Assembly (NCBI GenBank): GCA_963837955.1
Contig: CAWIPH010000002.1
Span: 4,064,001 to 4,128,000, forward strand
Direction: 5' to 3'
Source: an uncultured Verrucomicrobiae bacterium
GTDB taxonomy: Bacteria; Verrucomicrobiota; Verrucomicrobiia; Chthoniobacterales; JAFAMB01
DNA: 64,000 nucleotides
The notes beneath the pieces are model-generated. The model searched no databases. It was not told where the DNA came from and worked only from the letters and a program-made list of their open reading frames with translations. This document shows, one piece after another, positions 39,635 to 49,705 of the stretch. Position 1 is the first letter of the stretch. The number at the start of each line of letters is the position of its first letter. The position numbers and the translations under genes are program-made.

Positions 39635-40666
39635 ATGGCGAAAGACATAGCGGATTCTCTGCCGCAGCCACAGGATTCGCCCCGGCGCACTGAGCGCCGG
39701 GGCCTGGTGCGCCGCGTGGGGCTGTCCCTGCTCCACTCCCGGGAAGCTAGCATCGCGATCGCCGGTATTGTGCTCGTGATCTATTTCCAAACCACCGCGC
39801 CAGCATTCCTTTCGCCAGGAAACATTGCTAACCTCGCGGGTTACGCTGCGACGACGGCGATCATCGCCGCCGGTGAGGTGATGGTACTTATTTGCGGGGA
39901 GGTAGATTTGTCCGTGGGTCAGGTCTACGCGTTGTCGCCCTTCGTGATGTATTACGCGCACGAGGCAGGTGTCCCGTTTGTGCTTGCGATTCTGCTCGGG
40001 CTCGTCGTTGCCTCGATTGTCGGCATCATTAATGGGCTCTTAACGGTCGTACTCCGGATACCCTCTTTCATCGCCACCCTCGGCACATTCTACTTGATCA
40101 ATGGCATTACCCTGACCATTTCGGGTGGTTTTCCGGTCCAACCGAAAGGGGGGCCGATCATCACCAATACTTTCGGCGGCAATGCAATTTCGCAGACTCT
40201 GTGGGCAATCGGTATTGCGGTAATTTTCCAGTTTGTGCTTAGGAAAATGCGTTGGGGATTACACACGATAGCTACCGGCGGCAACCTGCTTGGTGCCTCA
40301 GAAGTAGGAGTCAAGGTCGGTGTTATCAAGGTGGGAAATTTCATTCTTTGCAGCATCTTGGGCGGTCTGGCTGGCACCTTGGATGCGTTTCGAATCGGTT
40401 CGATTGATCCCTTGGCGGGCGGTTCTGAGATTATGTTTATGGCCATCGCCTCCGCCGTCATTGGTGGAACGCTTCTTACCGGGGGCTCAGGCACAATTAT
40501 CGGAGCTTTTTTTGGTGCCATAGTTCTCGGCATTTTGAAGGATGGTTTTACGCTCTCTGGCGTCAGCGCTTACACTTTTGATATGATTCTGGGCGGCGCG
40601 ATCCTTATTACCATGCTGATAAACGTGCGCCTGAGTCGTCTACGCGCGGCTGGAGGTGGGCAATGA
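39635..40666 (+). CDS. Sugar ABC transporter permease (RbsC-like)
   Basis: GEVDLSVG, RIPSFIATLG, IASAVIGGT.L.GG.G. Confidence 0.9.
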   Translation: MAKDIADSLPQPQDSPRRTERRGLVRRVGLSLLHSREASIAIAGIVLVIYFQTTAPAFLSPGNIANLAGYAATTAIIAAGEVMVLICGEVDLSVGQVYALSPFVMYYAHEAGVPFVLAILLGLVVASIVGIINGLLTVVLRIPSFIATLGTFYLINGITLTISGGFPVQPKGGPIITNTFGGNAISQTLWAIGIAVIFQFVLRKMRWGLHTIATGGNLLGASEVGVKVGVIKVGNFILCSILGGLAGTLDAFRIGSIDPLAGGSEIMFMAIASAVIGGTLLTGGSGTIIGAFFGAIVLGILKDGFTLSGVSAYTFDMILGGAILITMLINVRLSRLRAAGGGQ

Positions 40667-41433
40667 GCAAAGAAGTATTGCGCACGGAACACGTGGCAAA
40701 GTCGTTTGGGGCGGTGACAGCGCTGGAAGATGTTTCGATCCATCTCAGCAAAGGCGAAGTTCTGGGCCTTCTCGGTGACAATGGCGCCGGCAAATCTACT
40801 TTGATGAAGATTCTTACCGGGTTTCATCGACCAAGCGGCGGGAAGATCTATTTCGAAGGTAATGAGATCGAACTCAAAAGCGTCAGCCACGCCCGATCGT
40901 TGGGCATCGAGCCGGTCTACCAGGATCTGGCTCTGGTTAACGGACTCAACGTTTACCACAACATGTTCCTGCAACGAGAAATCATGTATGGCGGAGTCTT
41001 TCGGATCCTTAATGATGGCGCGATGCGCGAGCGCGCAAAAAAGCAGCTGAAGGAGATGGGTGTCCATATACCTTCGGTCGACGTCGAGATCGCCAAGCTA
41101 TCGGGGGGGCAACGACAGGCTATCGCTGTCGCACGCTCCGTATATGCCAATGCCAAAGTACTCCTGCTGGACGAACCAACGGCGGCAATGGGCGTGAAAG
41201 AAAGTACGATGATCCTGGACTTGGTCCGGCGGCTCAAGGAGAAGGGCGAAGTCTCGATTATTATCGTGGCTCACAATTATGCCCAAATTTTCGATTTCTG
41301 CGACCGGATCAACCTTTTGCAAAACGGCAAAATCACGTTCGATCAGCGAACCAAGGATACCTCCGTGGAACAGCTGACGAGCCTCGTGGTGAATGAGTAT
41401 CGTGCCGCCCGGGAAAGCATTACCCGCCCTTGA
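40663..41433 (+). CDS. Sugar ABC transporter ATP-binding protein
   Basis: GDNGAGKST, LSGGQRQ, LLLDEPT. Confidence 0.92.
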   Translation: MSKEVLRTEHVAKSFGAVTALEDVSIHLSKGEVLGLLGDNGAGKSTLMKILTGFHRPSGGKIYFEGNEIELKSVSHARSLGIEPVYQDLALVNGLNVYHNMFLQREIMYGGVFRILNDGAMRERAKKQLKEMGVHIPSVDVEIAKLSGGQRQAIAVARSVYANAKVLLLDEPTAAMGVKESTMILDLVRRLKEKGEVSIIIVAHNYAQIFDFCDRINLLQNGKITFDQRTKDTSVEQLTSLVVNEYRAARESITRP

Positions 41434-41495
41434 TCTGAAATCCATACCGATGCTCCGGCAAATCGGCTATGAGCTTTAGTGGCGGACCGAGCAAT

Positions 41496-42440
41496 TTACG
41501 TCAGCGGAAAATCGCTCAGCCTTGCTTCCAGTCGTGCGCGTAGGGCTGCGCGCGGTTCGGCGTTCTCCTGCGTCTCACTAGCGATTGCCGCACAGAGCGC
41601 AATTAACCCCTCCAAATCTTCGAGATCGATGTACTCCGTATCGATTCGCGAGTCCGGTGTGCAGTTATGATAATTGCCAAGCGCAATGCACAGCGCGGCA
41701 GACCGATACCCGTAAGCTTGAAACGCGGTTGCTTCACACGTGCCTCCAGCCATGAGACATCTTTGAAAGCGAATCTCACGCTTTTTCGCGATCTCCACAA
41801 AGAGTGCGGTCGTCGGCGGATCAAAAATTGAGACTCGATCTCCGACGCGGATTATCGGTCCATCGCCCATCCTGGCCGGCAAACGTTCGGCACTGGTCTC
41901 CAGGGAGATGATCGTCAAATCGGAAGGAAGCAACCCGGATTTCGCGAGCTGGATGGCACCGATAAAGCCCACCTCTTCGGCGCGAGTGAAAACACCCACC
42001 ACCGGTCGAGGCGGGTTTCGCCGGCACAAAGTTTGGACGGTCGCAATGATCGCGGCGCACCCGATGAGATCATCGCAAGCGCGCGAGTAAAGCCGATTTC
42101 CATCCATATGCAGAGCAGGCAAATCCCACATGCCAAAACCGTCGAACTCCCGCACGACTCCCTTTTCTTGGAGCTCTTCCGGAACTCCACCAAGAAATCG
42201 CCGGATTGGCCTGAGCTGCCAACCCGGATGATCCATATGAGCGATAAATGCGTATCGAGCGTCGGCAATATCTCCGCCCGAGGAAACAATCAGATTTCCA
42301 AATTGGTCTTTTTTCAGCCTTATCCCTTTGATCTGACCTAGTTGACGCTCGATCTCTGTGCTTACAGCGGCTTCGAAAGTGGGCGCGGTCGGGCATTCCA
42401 GGAGCGGCTGAACGATAGCAAATAGTTCGGCACGATTCAT
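41496..42440 (-). CDS. M20/M28/M42-family metallopeptidase
   Basis: IAHMDHPG, RACDD, TRAEEVG, SLE, GGTCE, NYHN. Confidence 0.8.
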   Translation of the reverse strand: MNRAELFAIVQPLLECPTAPTFEAAVSTEIERQLGQIKGIRLKKDQFGNLIVSSGGDIADARYAFIAHMDHPGWQLRPIRRFLGGVPEELQEKGVVREFDGFGMWDLPALHMDGNRLYSRACDDLIGCAAIIATVQTLCRRNPPRPVVGVFTRAEEVGFIGAIQLAKSGLLPSDLTIISLETSAERLPARMGDGPIIRVGDRVSIFDPPTTALFVEIAKKREIRFQRCLMAGGTCEATAFQAYGYRSAALCIALGNYHNCTPDSRIDTEYIDLEDLEGLIALCAAIASETQENAEPRAALRARLEARLSDFPLT

Positions 42441-42560
42441 ATGGGGAGTCGGCCAGCATTGGCCATTGTCACTTGCAGATTCGATAACGCGGTGCTCTTA
42501 CTCTTCAAATTCAGTTCCCGCAACGGATGATCGGGTAGGCGGAGGAGTAGTACACATTCC

Positions 42561-43550
42561 ATGATAAAGAAAGTCCGGTACTGGTTCGAATTCGTATTTG
42601 TTACGCTTTTTGCTCGCCTCGTTCCGCTACTGCCTTTCCGGTCTCTCCATTGGATTGCCACGGTTTTAGGTTGGCTCCTGTATCACCTCGATCGCCGGAA
42701 CAGGTCCGTAGCTCTGGCGAATCTCCAGATCGCATTTGGGGACACCTACACGCCAAAAGAGCGGGAGCGAATCGCCAGACGTTCGGTCCAAGTGTTCGGA
42801 AGAAGCTTTCTCGAGCTGTTCTGGACTCCCCGGCTTACCGCGAGCAACGTCGCCAGGTACATTGCGATCGAAGACGAAAAACTGCTTCAATCCATCTTGT
42901 CAGCCAAACAATCGCGACCGGTAGTGGGAGTGACAATCCACTTCGGCAACTTCGAGTGGGCCAGCGCCTACTACGGGTTTCGCGGATACGACGGCTTGAT
43001 TCTGATGCAACGCTTCAAGAACGGTCGCTTGACCGGTCTTTTTCAGCGGCTTCGGGAAGTCTCCGGCCAGACCAGTGTCACCCAAGAAAAATCTATGATT
43101 CGCTTCTTTAAGGCTCTCAAACGCGGGGTGCCGGTCGGCATCCTCATCGATTTGACGCTCAAGATGTCGGATCCGGCGGTGATCTTTCGGACTTTCGGGC
43201 TGCCGATGCGGGCCACGATGATGCATGCTGTTTTGCACGATCGGGCCGGGGCTCCTATCATGCCATTCATCGCCTTGCCGCGACCAGGTGGCGGGTACCT
43301 TATCCGGGCGTTTGAACCGATGGAGTTTCCGGCGGGAACGCCGTTTCATGAGGTTGCGCAAGCCTGTTGGGACAAGTTAGAGCCGCTGATTCGCCAGCAT
43401 CCGGAACAATGGCTCTGGGGATACAAGCATTGGCGTTATCGACCTGCCAACGCGGAAAAAACGTATCCTTTTTACGCTAATTGGTCGGAGCAATTCGAAG
43501 CCGAACTGGCGAATATACGGCCATCCATGGAAGGCACTTCCCCCAAATGA
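42561..43550 (+). CDS. lpxL: Lipid A late acyltransferase (LpxL/HtrB family)
   Basis: HFGNFE, ILID, HPEQWLWGYKHWR. Confidence 0.75.
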   Translation: MIKKVRYWFEFVFVTLFARLVPLLPFRSLHWIATVLGWLLYHLDRRNRSVALANLQIAFGDTYTPKERERIARRSVQVFGRSFLELFWTPRLTASNVARYIAIEDEKLLQSILSAKQSRPVVGVTIHFGNFEWASAYYGFRGYDGLILMQRFKNGRLTGLFQRLREVSGQTSVTQEKSMIRFFKALKRGVPVGILIDLTLKMSDPAVIFRTFGLPMRATMMHAVLHDRAGAPIMPFIALPRPGGGYLIRAFEPMEFPAGTPFHEVAQACWDKLEPLIRQHPEQWLWGYKHWRYRPANAEKTYPFYANWSEQFEAELANIRPSMEGTSPK

Positions 43551-43602
43551 AGCTTGCAAATCGAGCTAATACGGTAAAATACAGCTCGAATTTCGAGTTT
43601 GT

Positions 43603-44304
43603 ATGAAAAGATCCCGCCTCCTAACCCTTCTCGCCGGAACGTCCACCGGTTTCGCCCTATTGACTGGCTGTACGACAAGTACTACCGGCCCGACTACGGG
43701 AACGTTCCCCGGCAATTATAACGCGGTGGCTTATAAGCCAAAGGATCCCGGTGCGGTCCGAGTGAAGGTCTCGTTACAGAACCGGATGGTTTACGTGATG
43801 GAGGGAGATAAGCCCCTGCTGGTAACACCTTGCACGATCGGTGTTTCGCACGCACCAACTCCCACCGGCGGCTATCGGGTCACAGAAAAGATTAAAGATA
43901 AACGTTCCGCTTCCTACGGTTTTTGGGTGAAGGGTAATGAGATCGTCGCTGGTGAGAGCGGAAAGGCGCCTGGATCCGGCTTTCATTATGTCGGCTATCC
44001 GATGCCTTACTGGGTAGAATTCAAACCGCAGTACGGATTTCATGCCGGCGCAGTTTGGCCGGTCGCCCACAGTCATGGTTGCATACGCTTGCATCCGAAC
44101 GTCGCTCCAAAGTTCTTCGCCTTGGTTCACAGCGGAACATCGGTCACCATTGCGGGCTCATTGCCGGAAGACCAGACCGTCGGAGCCAAAGTACAACGAC
44201 CTAACGATTTTGAGTGGAAAGATCCCGCCGGTTCTCTCCTGATCTCCGGGACAGCCAGCGGTGCTTTTCCGGCTCCCCAGGAGCCGTTATTGGCCACCCA
44301 ATAA
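43603..44304 (+). CDS. L,D-transpeptidase (YkuD) lipoprotein
   Basis: Lipobox LTGC; PTPTG, MPY, GFHAG...SHGCIRL. Confidence 0.88.
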   Translation: MKRSRLLTLLAGTSTGFALLTGCTTSTTGPTTGTFPGNYNAVAYKPKDPGAVRVKVSLQNRMVYVMEGDKPLLVTPCTIGVSHAPTPTGGYRVTEKIKDKRSASYGFWVKGNEIVAGESGKAPGSGFHYVGYPMPYWVEFKPQYGFHAGAVWPVAHSHGCIRLHPNVAPKFFALVHSGTSVTIAGSLPEDQTVGAKVQRPNDFEWKDPAGSLLISGTASGAFPAPQEPLLATQ

Positions 44305-44356
44305 TGCAGGCGTTTTTATTGGCTGCGACCTCCCCAGAAGTCGTCTAGGGTAACTT

Positions 44357-45610
44357 ATGTCCGGATCTCAAAGCGCCGCTCCTGCCAAGCCGAAGAAGAT
44401 CAACCTGCGCACGCCGGACGTAATGGCCAAGGTGCAGGAACAGGTGGAATCGCATTATCGGAGCACCGTTGCCGAGCGAATTCGAGCCAGTGGTGGCACG
44501 CTTCAGGTACGTGATACAACCGTACTTCTCGCGAAACAATTTGGTTTTTGTTACGGAGTTGAAAGAGCGATCGATCTTGCTTATGCGGCCCGGAAAGTGT
44601 TCTCCGATCGCCGGTTGTTCATTTTAGGCGAGATCATTCACAACCCGCTCGTAAACGAACAGATCGCCACGATGGGGATTAAAAATCTCATCGGGCAAAA
44701 CCGGGAAGCCAATATCGAGGATCTGATTGCTGAAGACGTCGTAATTGTTCCCGCGTTCGGCACCGACCTGGAAACCCTGGCAAAGATTCACGAACGTGGC
44801 TGCCAAATTGTCGATACGACCTGTGGCGATGTGATGAGCGTTTGGAAGCGAGTCCGCCAGAATGCCATGGAAAGCGTAACTTCGATTATCCATGGCAAAG
44901 CGGAGCACGAAGAGACGAAAGCGACTGCATCGCGGGCACTAGGGTCAGGTTATGGCCACTATCTTGTCGTCTTGACGCTCGCCGATACCGATTACGTTTG
45001 TGACTACATTCGGCACGGCGGCGACAAACAAGCCTTGCTGAGCCGTTTCAAGGATGCGCACTCGCCCGGATTTGATCCGGATTTACACCTGAAAGCCGTG
45101 GGAGTCGCGAATCAAACGACTATGCTGCGGGGCGAGACCGAGGAGGTTCAACGCCGAATTCGGGCGGCAATCATGGATCGCGACGGCGTAGTCGAAGGCC
45201 CGAAAAGCTTTCGCTTCTTCGATACGATTTGTGGAGCGACCCAGGAACGCCAGGAAGCACTCCGTGAACTGCTAAACGTAAGGATGGATTTGCTTCTCGT
45301 TGTGGGAGGATACAACAGCTCGAACACTTCTCATCTGGCCGAGATGGGTGAAGCGAAGCTGCCCACCTACTTCATTCGCGGCGCTGATAAGCTCGAAAGC
45401 GCAACCGAGATCACCCATTTCAACCTGCATAAAAAAGCCGAAATCACGACACAGAATTGGTTACCCTCGGGGCCGCTCGTAATCGGCATCACTGCTGGCG
45501 CTTCCTGCCCAAACAATCTGATCGAAGAAACCATCTTGCGGGTCTATGAACTCCGCGGTGTTCCCTCCGCGGAAATATTGGAAGTCAGCGGCCAACTCCC
45601 AAACAGCTGA
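44357..45610 (+). CDS. ispH: 4-hydroxy-3-methylbut-2-enyl diphosphate reductase, long form
   Basis: FGFCYGVERAI, EIIHNP, DTTC, QTT, DTICGATQERQ, SSN, TAGASCP. Confidence 0.95.
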   Translation: MSGSQSAAPAKPKKINLRTPDVMAKVQEQVESHYRSTVAERIRASGGTLQVRDTTVLLAKQFGFCYGVERAIDLAYAARKVFSDRRLFILGEIIHNPLVNEQIATMGIKNLIGQNREANIEDLIAEDVVIVPAFGTDLETLAKIHERGCQIVDTTCGDVMSVWKRVRQNAMESVTSIIHGKAEHEETKATASRALGSGYGHYLVVLTLADTDYVCDYIRHGGDKQALLSRFKDAHSPGFDPDLHLKAVGVANQTTMLRGETEEVQRRIRAAIMDRDGVVEGPKSFRFFDTICGATQERQEALRELLNVRMDLLLVVGGYNSSNTSHLAEMGEAKLPTYFIRGADKLESATEITHFNLHKKAEITTQNWLPSGPLVIGITAGASCPNNLIEETILRVYELRGVPSAEILEVSGQLPNS

Positions 45611-45691
45611 TGATCATTCGTCGCTAGCCCGTCTTGGTGAGATCCAAGGGGCGCTAGCCACCTTCCACCTTTCCGGATATCCTAAAGGATA

Positions 45692-46135
45692 ATGCCGGAG
45701 AGTTTCCTCATCGTAGACGGGCACAGTATCATCTTCGCTTGGCCCGAGCTGCTGAACTTGCACCGGCGCAATGGTGCCGCTGCCCGAGGCGATCTCATTA
45801 AAACGCTGACGGAGTACCAGGACGTGAGCGGGGTAAACGTCGTCCTCGTTTTCGATGGTAAAGGCGAACGCATCAATGAGGTAACTGAGCCGGGTGGCAT
45901 CCAAGTCTTCTATTCAAATGCCGGACGGACCGCGGACGAAATTGTCGAGCGCCTGGTGGCACAATATGGGCGTAAGCATGCCATCACGGTAGCTACTGCT
46001 GACCTTCTCGAGCAGCAGACAGTAATCTCGTTCGGCGCTCAATGTGTGGGTTCCGACGGCCTGAGACGCCGCATCGAAGATGCCAAGACGGAATTTGCCG
46101 TCGAGCTCAAACGCCGGCGAAAAGCGGCCGGATGA
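45692..46135 (+). CDS. YacP/Rae1-like NYN-domain protein
   Basis: LIVDGHS, LVFDG, TADEIVERL, VATAD. Confidence 0.82.
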   Translation: MPESFLIVDGHSIIFAWPELLNLHRRNGAAARGDLIKTLTEYQDVSGVNVVLVFDGKGERINEVTEPGGIQVFYSNAGRTADEIVERLVAQYGRKHAITVATADLLEQQTVISFGAQCVGSDGLRRRIEDAKTEFAVELKRRRKAAG

Positions 46136-46200
46136 TCCCCGATCACCGATTACCGATCACTGATTACTGATCACTGATCACTGATCACTGATCACCGATA
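46134..46200. repeat. Heptamer tandem repeat (GATYACY) x9 between convergent genes
   Basis: gatcccc gatcacc gattacc gatcact gattact gatcact gatcact gatcact gatcacc gata. Confidence 0.9.
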
Positions 46201-46203
46201 CCC

Positions 46204-47205
46204 CTACCCCACCTCGTGGAGCCGAATCCGATATTCTAGTTCCCGATCCAACACCCGCTTCACCTCCTGGGGAACCTCCAGTGGCGCTAAGATCCCGCAT
46301 TCTTCGAGCAAGACCAAATTGCATTGCCGCGGAATGCGCTGTAATTCGTACGCTAACCGGATCGGGGGAAACACCGCGTTTTGCCCCCAAATCAATGTGA
46401 CCGGCTGAATCAATTCCGCGAACCGCTTCGAGAGATCGATCTGCAACTTGGCCCTCGCCGACCGGAAGATCGCCCTTTCCGCGCCGAGTTGGTGCGCGAA
46501 ACTGTAAAGTACATCTACCATCTCATCGTCGATTCGGTTCGCATCGAAAAAGGCAAACGTCGCTAACCAAGCTCGGATTTGGGCACGCGTGGCCAGGAAC
46601 CGGCGATAGTAAATTTGGTTAAGGAATGGGAGTGCGGAAATCCAGCGTCCCCTACCGAGGTATCGCTTCGCACCGCGCTCGGTCAACCCAACCGGCATCA
46701 ATAAGATTAGGCGTTGTACCAACTCTGGATGTTGCACAGCCAATAGCGTGGCAAAGGCCGCTCCCAGTCCGCTGGCAACAATTGTGGCCCGTTCTCCATC
46801 ACTCTTTGCTTTCAAAAATTCTGCTAAGACCGCCGCTTGATCGGTAGCGGAGAGCGGACGATACGGGCGGGCTGATTCGCCGAAACCGATTAGATCAGGA
46901 GCGAGAACCTGGAAGCGATCAGCAAAGTGGGGATAAATCCGCGACCACTCGTACGAGGAGGCTCCAGGATAAATTCCGTGTAAAAAAACGAGAGAATTCC
47001 CCTGGCCCGATTCATGGTAGACCAGTTCTCCTTTGCCACTAAACAGCACGCGCGTGGCGAAAATCGCCGGAAAGATGTTATCGGGCAACGGACCTTTGCG
47101 CGGCGGCCGTAGCGCGTATCGGACGGTGAGAACCAAGAGGCCAAGAAGTCCGGCACCAATACCGAATCCCCAAAACCGACGTCGGAAGAAAGACTGCGCC
47201 GCCAT
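46204..47205 (-). CDS. Alpha/beta-hydrolase fold protein with N-terminal TM helix; catalytic residues appear replaced
   Basis: LVFLHGI, APDLIGFGES, PVTLIWG; elbow VASGLGA; GILAPLE in place of a GH motif. Confidence 0.8.
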   Translation of the reverse strand: MAAQSFFRRRFWGFGIGAGLLGLLVLTVRYALRPPRKGPLPDNIFPAIFATRVLFSGKGELVYHESGQGNSLVFLHGIYPGASSYEWSRIYPHFADRFQVLAPDLIGFGESARPYRPLSATDQAAVLAEFLKAKSDGERATIVASGLGAAFATLLAVQHPELVQRLILLMPVGLTERGAKRYLGRGRWISALPFLNQIYYRRFLATRAQIRAWLATFAFFDANRIDDEMVDVLYSFAHQLGAERAIFRSARAKLQIDLSKRFAELIQPVTLIWGQNAVFPPIRLAYELQRIPRQCNLVLLEECGILAPLEVPQEVKRVLDRELEYRIRLHEVG

Positions 47206-47219
47206 AACGCCCAATTTGG

Positions 47220-48239
47220 TTAAGTCACCAGGGCCTTGCCCGAACCCGGAGTGATCTGCCCGATTACCTTCCCGGCTGTGACCTGGATCACTTCCTGGAC
47301 GTACCGTCTCGCGACCACCAGCACCAAACCAATACCCATATTGAAAACCTCCAGCATCTCATGGAATGCGATTCCGCCGCCCTGTTGGATGAGACGAAAT
47401 ATAGCCGGAACCTTCCAACTGGACGTATCGATTAACGCGTCGCAGGTGGTTGGCAGGATGCGCGGCAAATTGTCGATTAATCCCCCACCCGTTATGTGTG
47501 CAGCCCCTTTGACCCGCGCAGGGGCAATCGATGCCAGAACTGGTTGATAGTTTTTATGGACTCGTAGTAACTCCTCGCCCAGCGTTTTCGGTATACCGTC
47601 GACTTTCTGACCCAAATCGAGTCGCATCTCAGATAGCAACACCTTACGCGCAAGAGAGTAACCATTTGTATGTAATCCATTCGACGGCAGACCTATCAAG
47701 ACATCAGACGGGACGATGCGACTTCCATCAATGATTTTTTCACGATCGACAATACCAACAATGCAACCAGCCAAGTCATACTCGCCGCGATGATACATAT
47801 CAGGTAATTGCGCGGTTTCGCCTCCGATAAGTGCGCAACGCCCGGCTTGGCACGCCTTCGTGAAACCAGAAATCAGCTGATTAAACACCGAGGGGTCAAG
47901 TCGTTCGGCACCGATATAATCCAAAAAGAACAAGGGTTTCGCTCCGGTAACAGCGATATCGTTAATGCAATGATTCACGAGGTCTTGAGCGATCAAGTCG
48001 TGCCTCCCAAGCGCGATCGCGATCTTTAGTTTGGTGCCGACTCCGTCGACACTCGAAACCAGAACGGGATCCCTTATCCCTTGCAAATCGAGGCGAAAGA
48101 AGCCGCCAAATCCTCCGATTCGACCTAGAACCTCAGGCCCGAACGTTGTTTTGACCTTCTCTTGTAGGCCTCGCTTTACCCGATTCCCCAGTGCGATATC
48201 GACTCCGGCGGCCGCATACGCCTTCTTTTTGGCCTTCAT
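47220..48239 (-). CDS. purM: Phosphoribosylformylglycinamidine cyclo-ligase (AIR synthase)
   Basis: YAAAGVD, DGVGTK, GGETA, SNGLHTNGYSL, HITGGG, FNMGIG. Confidence 0.97.
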   Translation of the reverse strand: MKAKKKAYAAAGVDIALGNRVKRGLQEKVKTTFGPEVLGRIGGFGGFFRLDLQGIRDPVLVSSVDGVGTKLKIAIALGRHDLIAQDLVNHCINDIAVTGAKPLFFLDYIGAERLDPSVFNQLISGFTKACQAGRCALIGGETAQLPDMYHRGEYDLAGCIVGIVDREKIIDGSRIVPSDVLIGLPSNGLHTNGYSLARKVLLSEMRLDLGQKVDGIPKTLGEELLRVHKNYQPVLASIAPARVKGAAHITGGGLIDNLPRILPTTCDALIDTSSWKVPAIFRLIQQGGGIAFHEMLEVFNMGIGLVLVVARRYVQEVIQVTAGKVIGQITPGSGKALVT

Positions 48240-49696
48240 TTCGAGCGAGCAAAGAGCTGCGGTTGCGAAGCAGATTCCGCAAAGAGACGAGACCGATTTT
48301 GCCGGCGCTCCATGACGAACTTGTCCAGGGTGGGATCGAATGGCACCGGATAATCACTGTTGAAACAAGCCAGACAAAACTCGTTTGCGGGCAATCCCGT
48401 AGCTCTGACCATTCCGTCCACGTCGAGGTAACCAATCGAATCGACCTCTAGATAGTCCCTGATTTCAGGCATCGTTAGTTGGTTGGCCAAGAGGTTCTTA
48501 GGATCTGGGAAATCGATTCCGTAATAGCAGGGAAATTTATGGGGAGGACAACTGATGCGGAGATGTACCTCTTTGGCTCCGGCCTCTCTGAGATTCACCA
48601 CCCGAGCTCGTGCCGTGGTCCCTCGAACCACCGAGTCGTCCACCACCACCACTCGCTTGCCCTGCACCAATTCTTTGATCAAATTGAGTTTCACGCGAAC
48701 ATTGAAGTCGCGAATCAGCTGGGTGGGCTGCAGGAAGGTGCGTCCGATGTAATGGTTTCGAACGAAGGCATGCTCGTAGGGGATGTCAAGCTCGTGACTG
48801 AAGCCGAGAGCAGCATAATTACCCGAATCTGGGACTGGAACGACTATATCGGCTTCGACCGGGTGAAGCCGGGCCAGCTCGCGACCCATCGCCACTCGGA
48901 CTTTGCTGACATTGCGATCGCTAATCAGGCTATCGGGCCGGGCAAAGTAAACGAACTCGAACATGCAAAACGCCTTTCGCTCCTCTCTGAACGGCCACTC
49001 AGAATGGATACCATCATCATTAATGATGATGACTTCACCAGGTTCGATCTCTCGAATGAACTCCGCATGGATCAAATCGAAGGCGCAAGTCTCCGAAGCC
49101 AGGACAAACGCGTCTTCCAACTTACCCAGAACGAGAGGGCGAAACCCGAACGGATCTCGCACGCCGATGATTTCCTCTTCCCCCAGGAGTACGAAAGAGA
49201 ACGCGCCGTGAATCTTGCGTAGCGCAGTCAGAACGTTTTGCTGGTCTGTCGGGCTGGCCAGCAGATGCAAAATGATTTCACTGTCAACCGTCGTCTGGAA
49301 AATTGATCCACGGGCTTCCAGTTCCTCTCGGAGAACAGCGGCGTTTACGAGATTGCCGTTGTGAGCAATCGCCAATTGGCCCCGCGCACAGTCGACGACG
49401 AGCGGTTGGGCATTTTTGAGGTTGCTGGATCCAGTCGTAGAGTAGCGAACGTGACCGATGGCCCGGTTCCCTTTCACACCCTCTAGCTCTTTTTCTCCAA
49501 AAACCTGAGATACCAGCCCCATCCCTCGATGGATCTTAAAAGGTTGGTTGGAACCGGTAGCTGCAACGATCCCGGCGCTCTCTTGCCCCCGGTGCTGAAG
49601 AGCGAACATGCCGTAGTAGGTGAGAAGGGCCGCGTCCGGGTGACCGTAGACGGCAAAGACGCCGCATTCGTGAGTTGGTTTATGAGAAATCTTCAC
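48236..49696 (-). CDS. purF: Amidophosphoribosyltransferase
   Basis: ECGVF, LQHRGQESAG, GHVRYST, HNGN, VDDSVVRGTT. Confidence 0.97.
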   Translation of the reverse strand: MKISHKPTHECGVFAVYGHPDAALLTYYGMFALQHRGQESAGIVAATGSNQPFKIHRGMGLVSQVFGEKELEGVKGNRAIGHVRYSTTGSSNLKNAQPLVVDCARGQLAIAHNGNLVNAAVLREELEARGSIFQTTVDSEIILHLLASPTDQQNVLTALRKIHGAFSFVLLGEEEIIGVRDPFGFRPLVLGKLEDAFVLASETCAFDLIHAEFIREIEPGEVIIINDDGIHSEWPFREERKAFCMFEFVYFARPDSLISDRNVSKVRVAMGRELARLHPVEADIVVPVPDSGNYAALGFSHELDIPYEHAFVRNHYIGRTFLQPTQLIRDFNVRVKLNLIKELVQGKRVVVVDDSVVRGTTARARVVNLREAGAKEVHLRISCPPHKFPCYYGIDFPDPKNLLANQLTMPEIRDYLEVDSIGYLDVDGMVRATGLPANEFCLACFNSDYPVPFDPTLDKFVMERRQNRSRLFAESASQPQLFARSK

Positions 49697-49705
49697 AAGG
49701 TTGGA

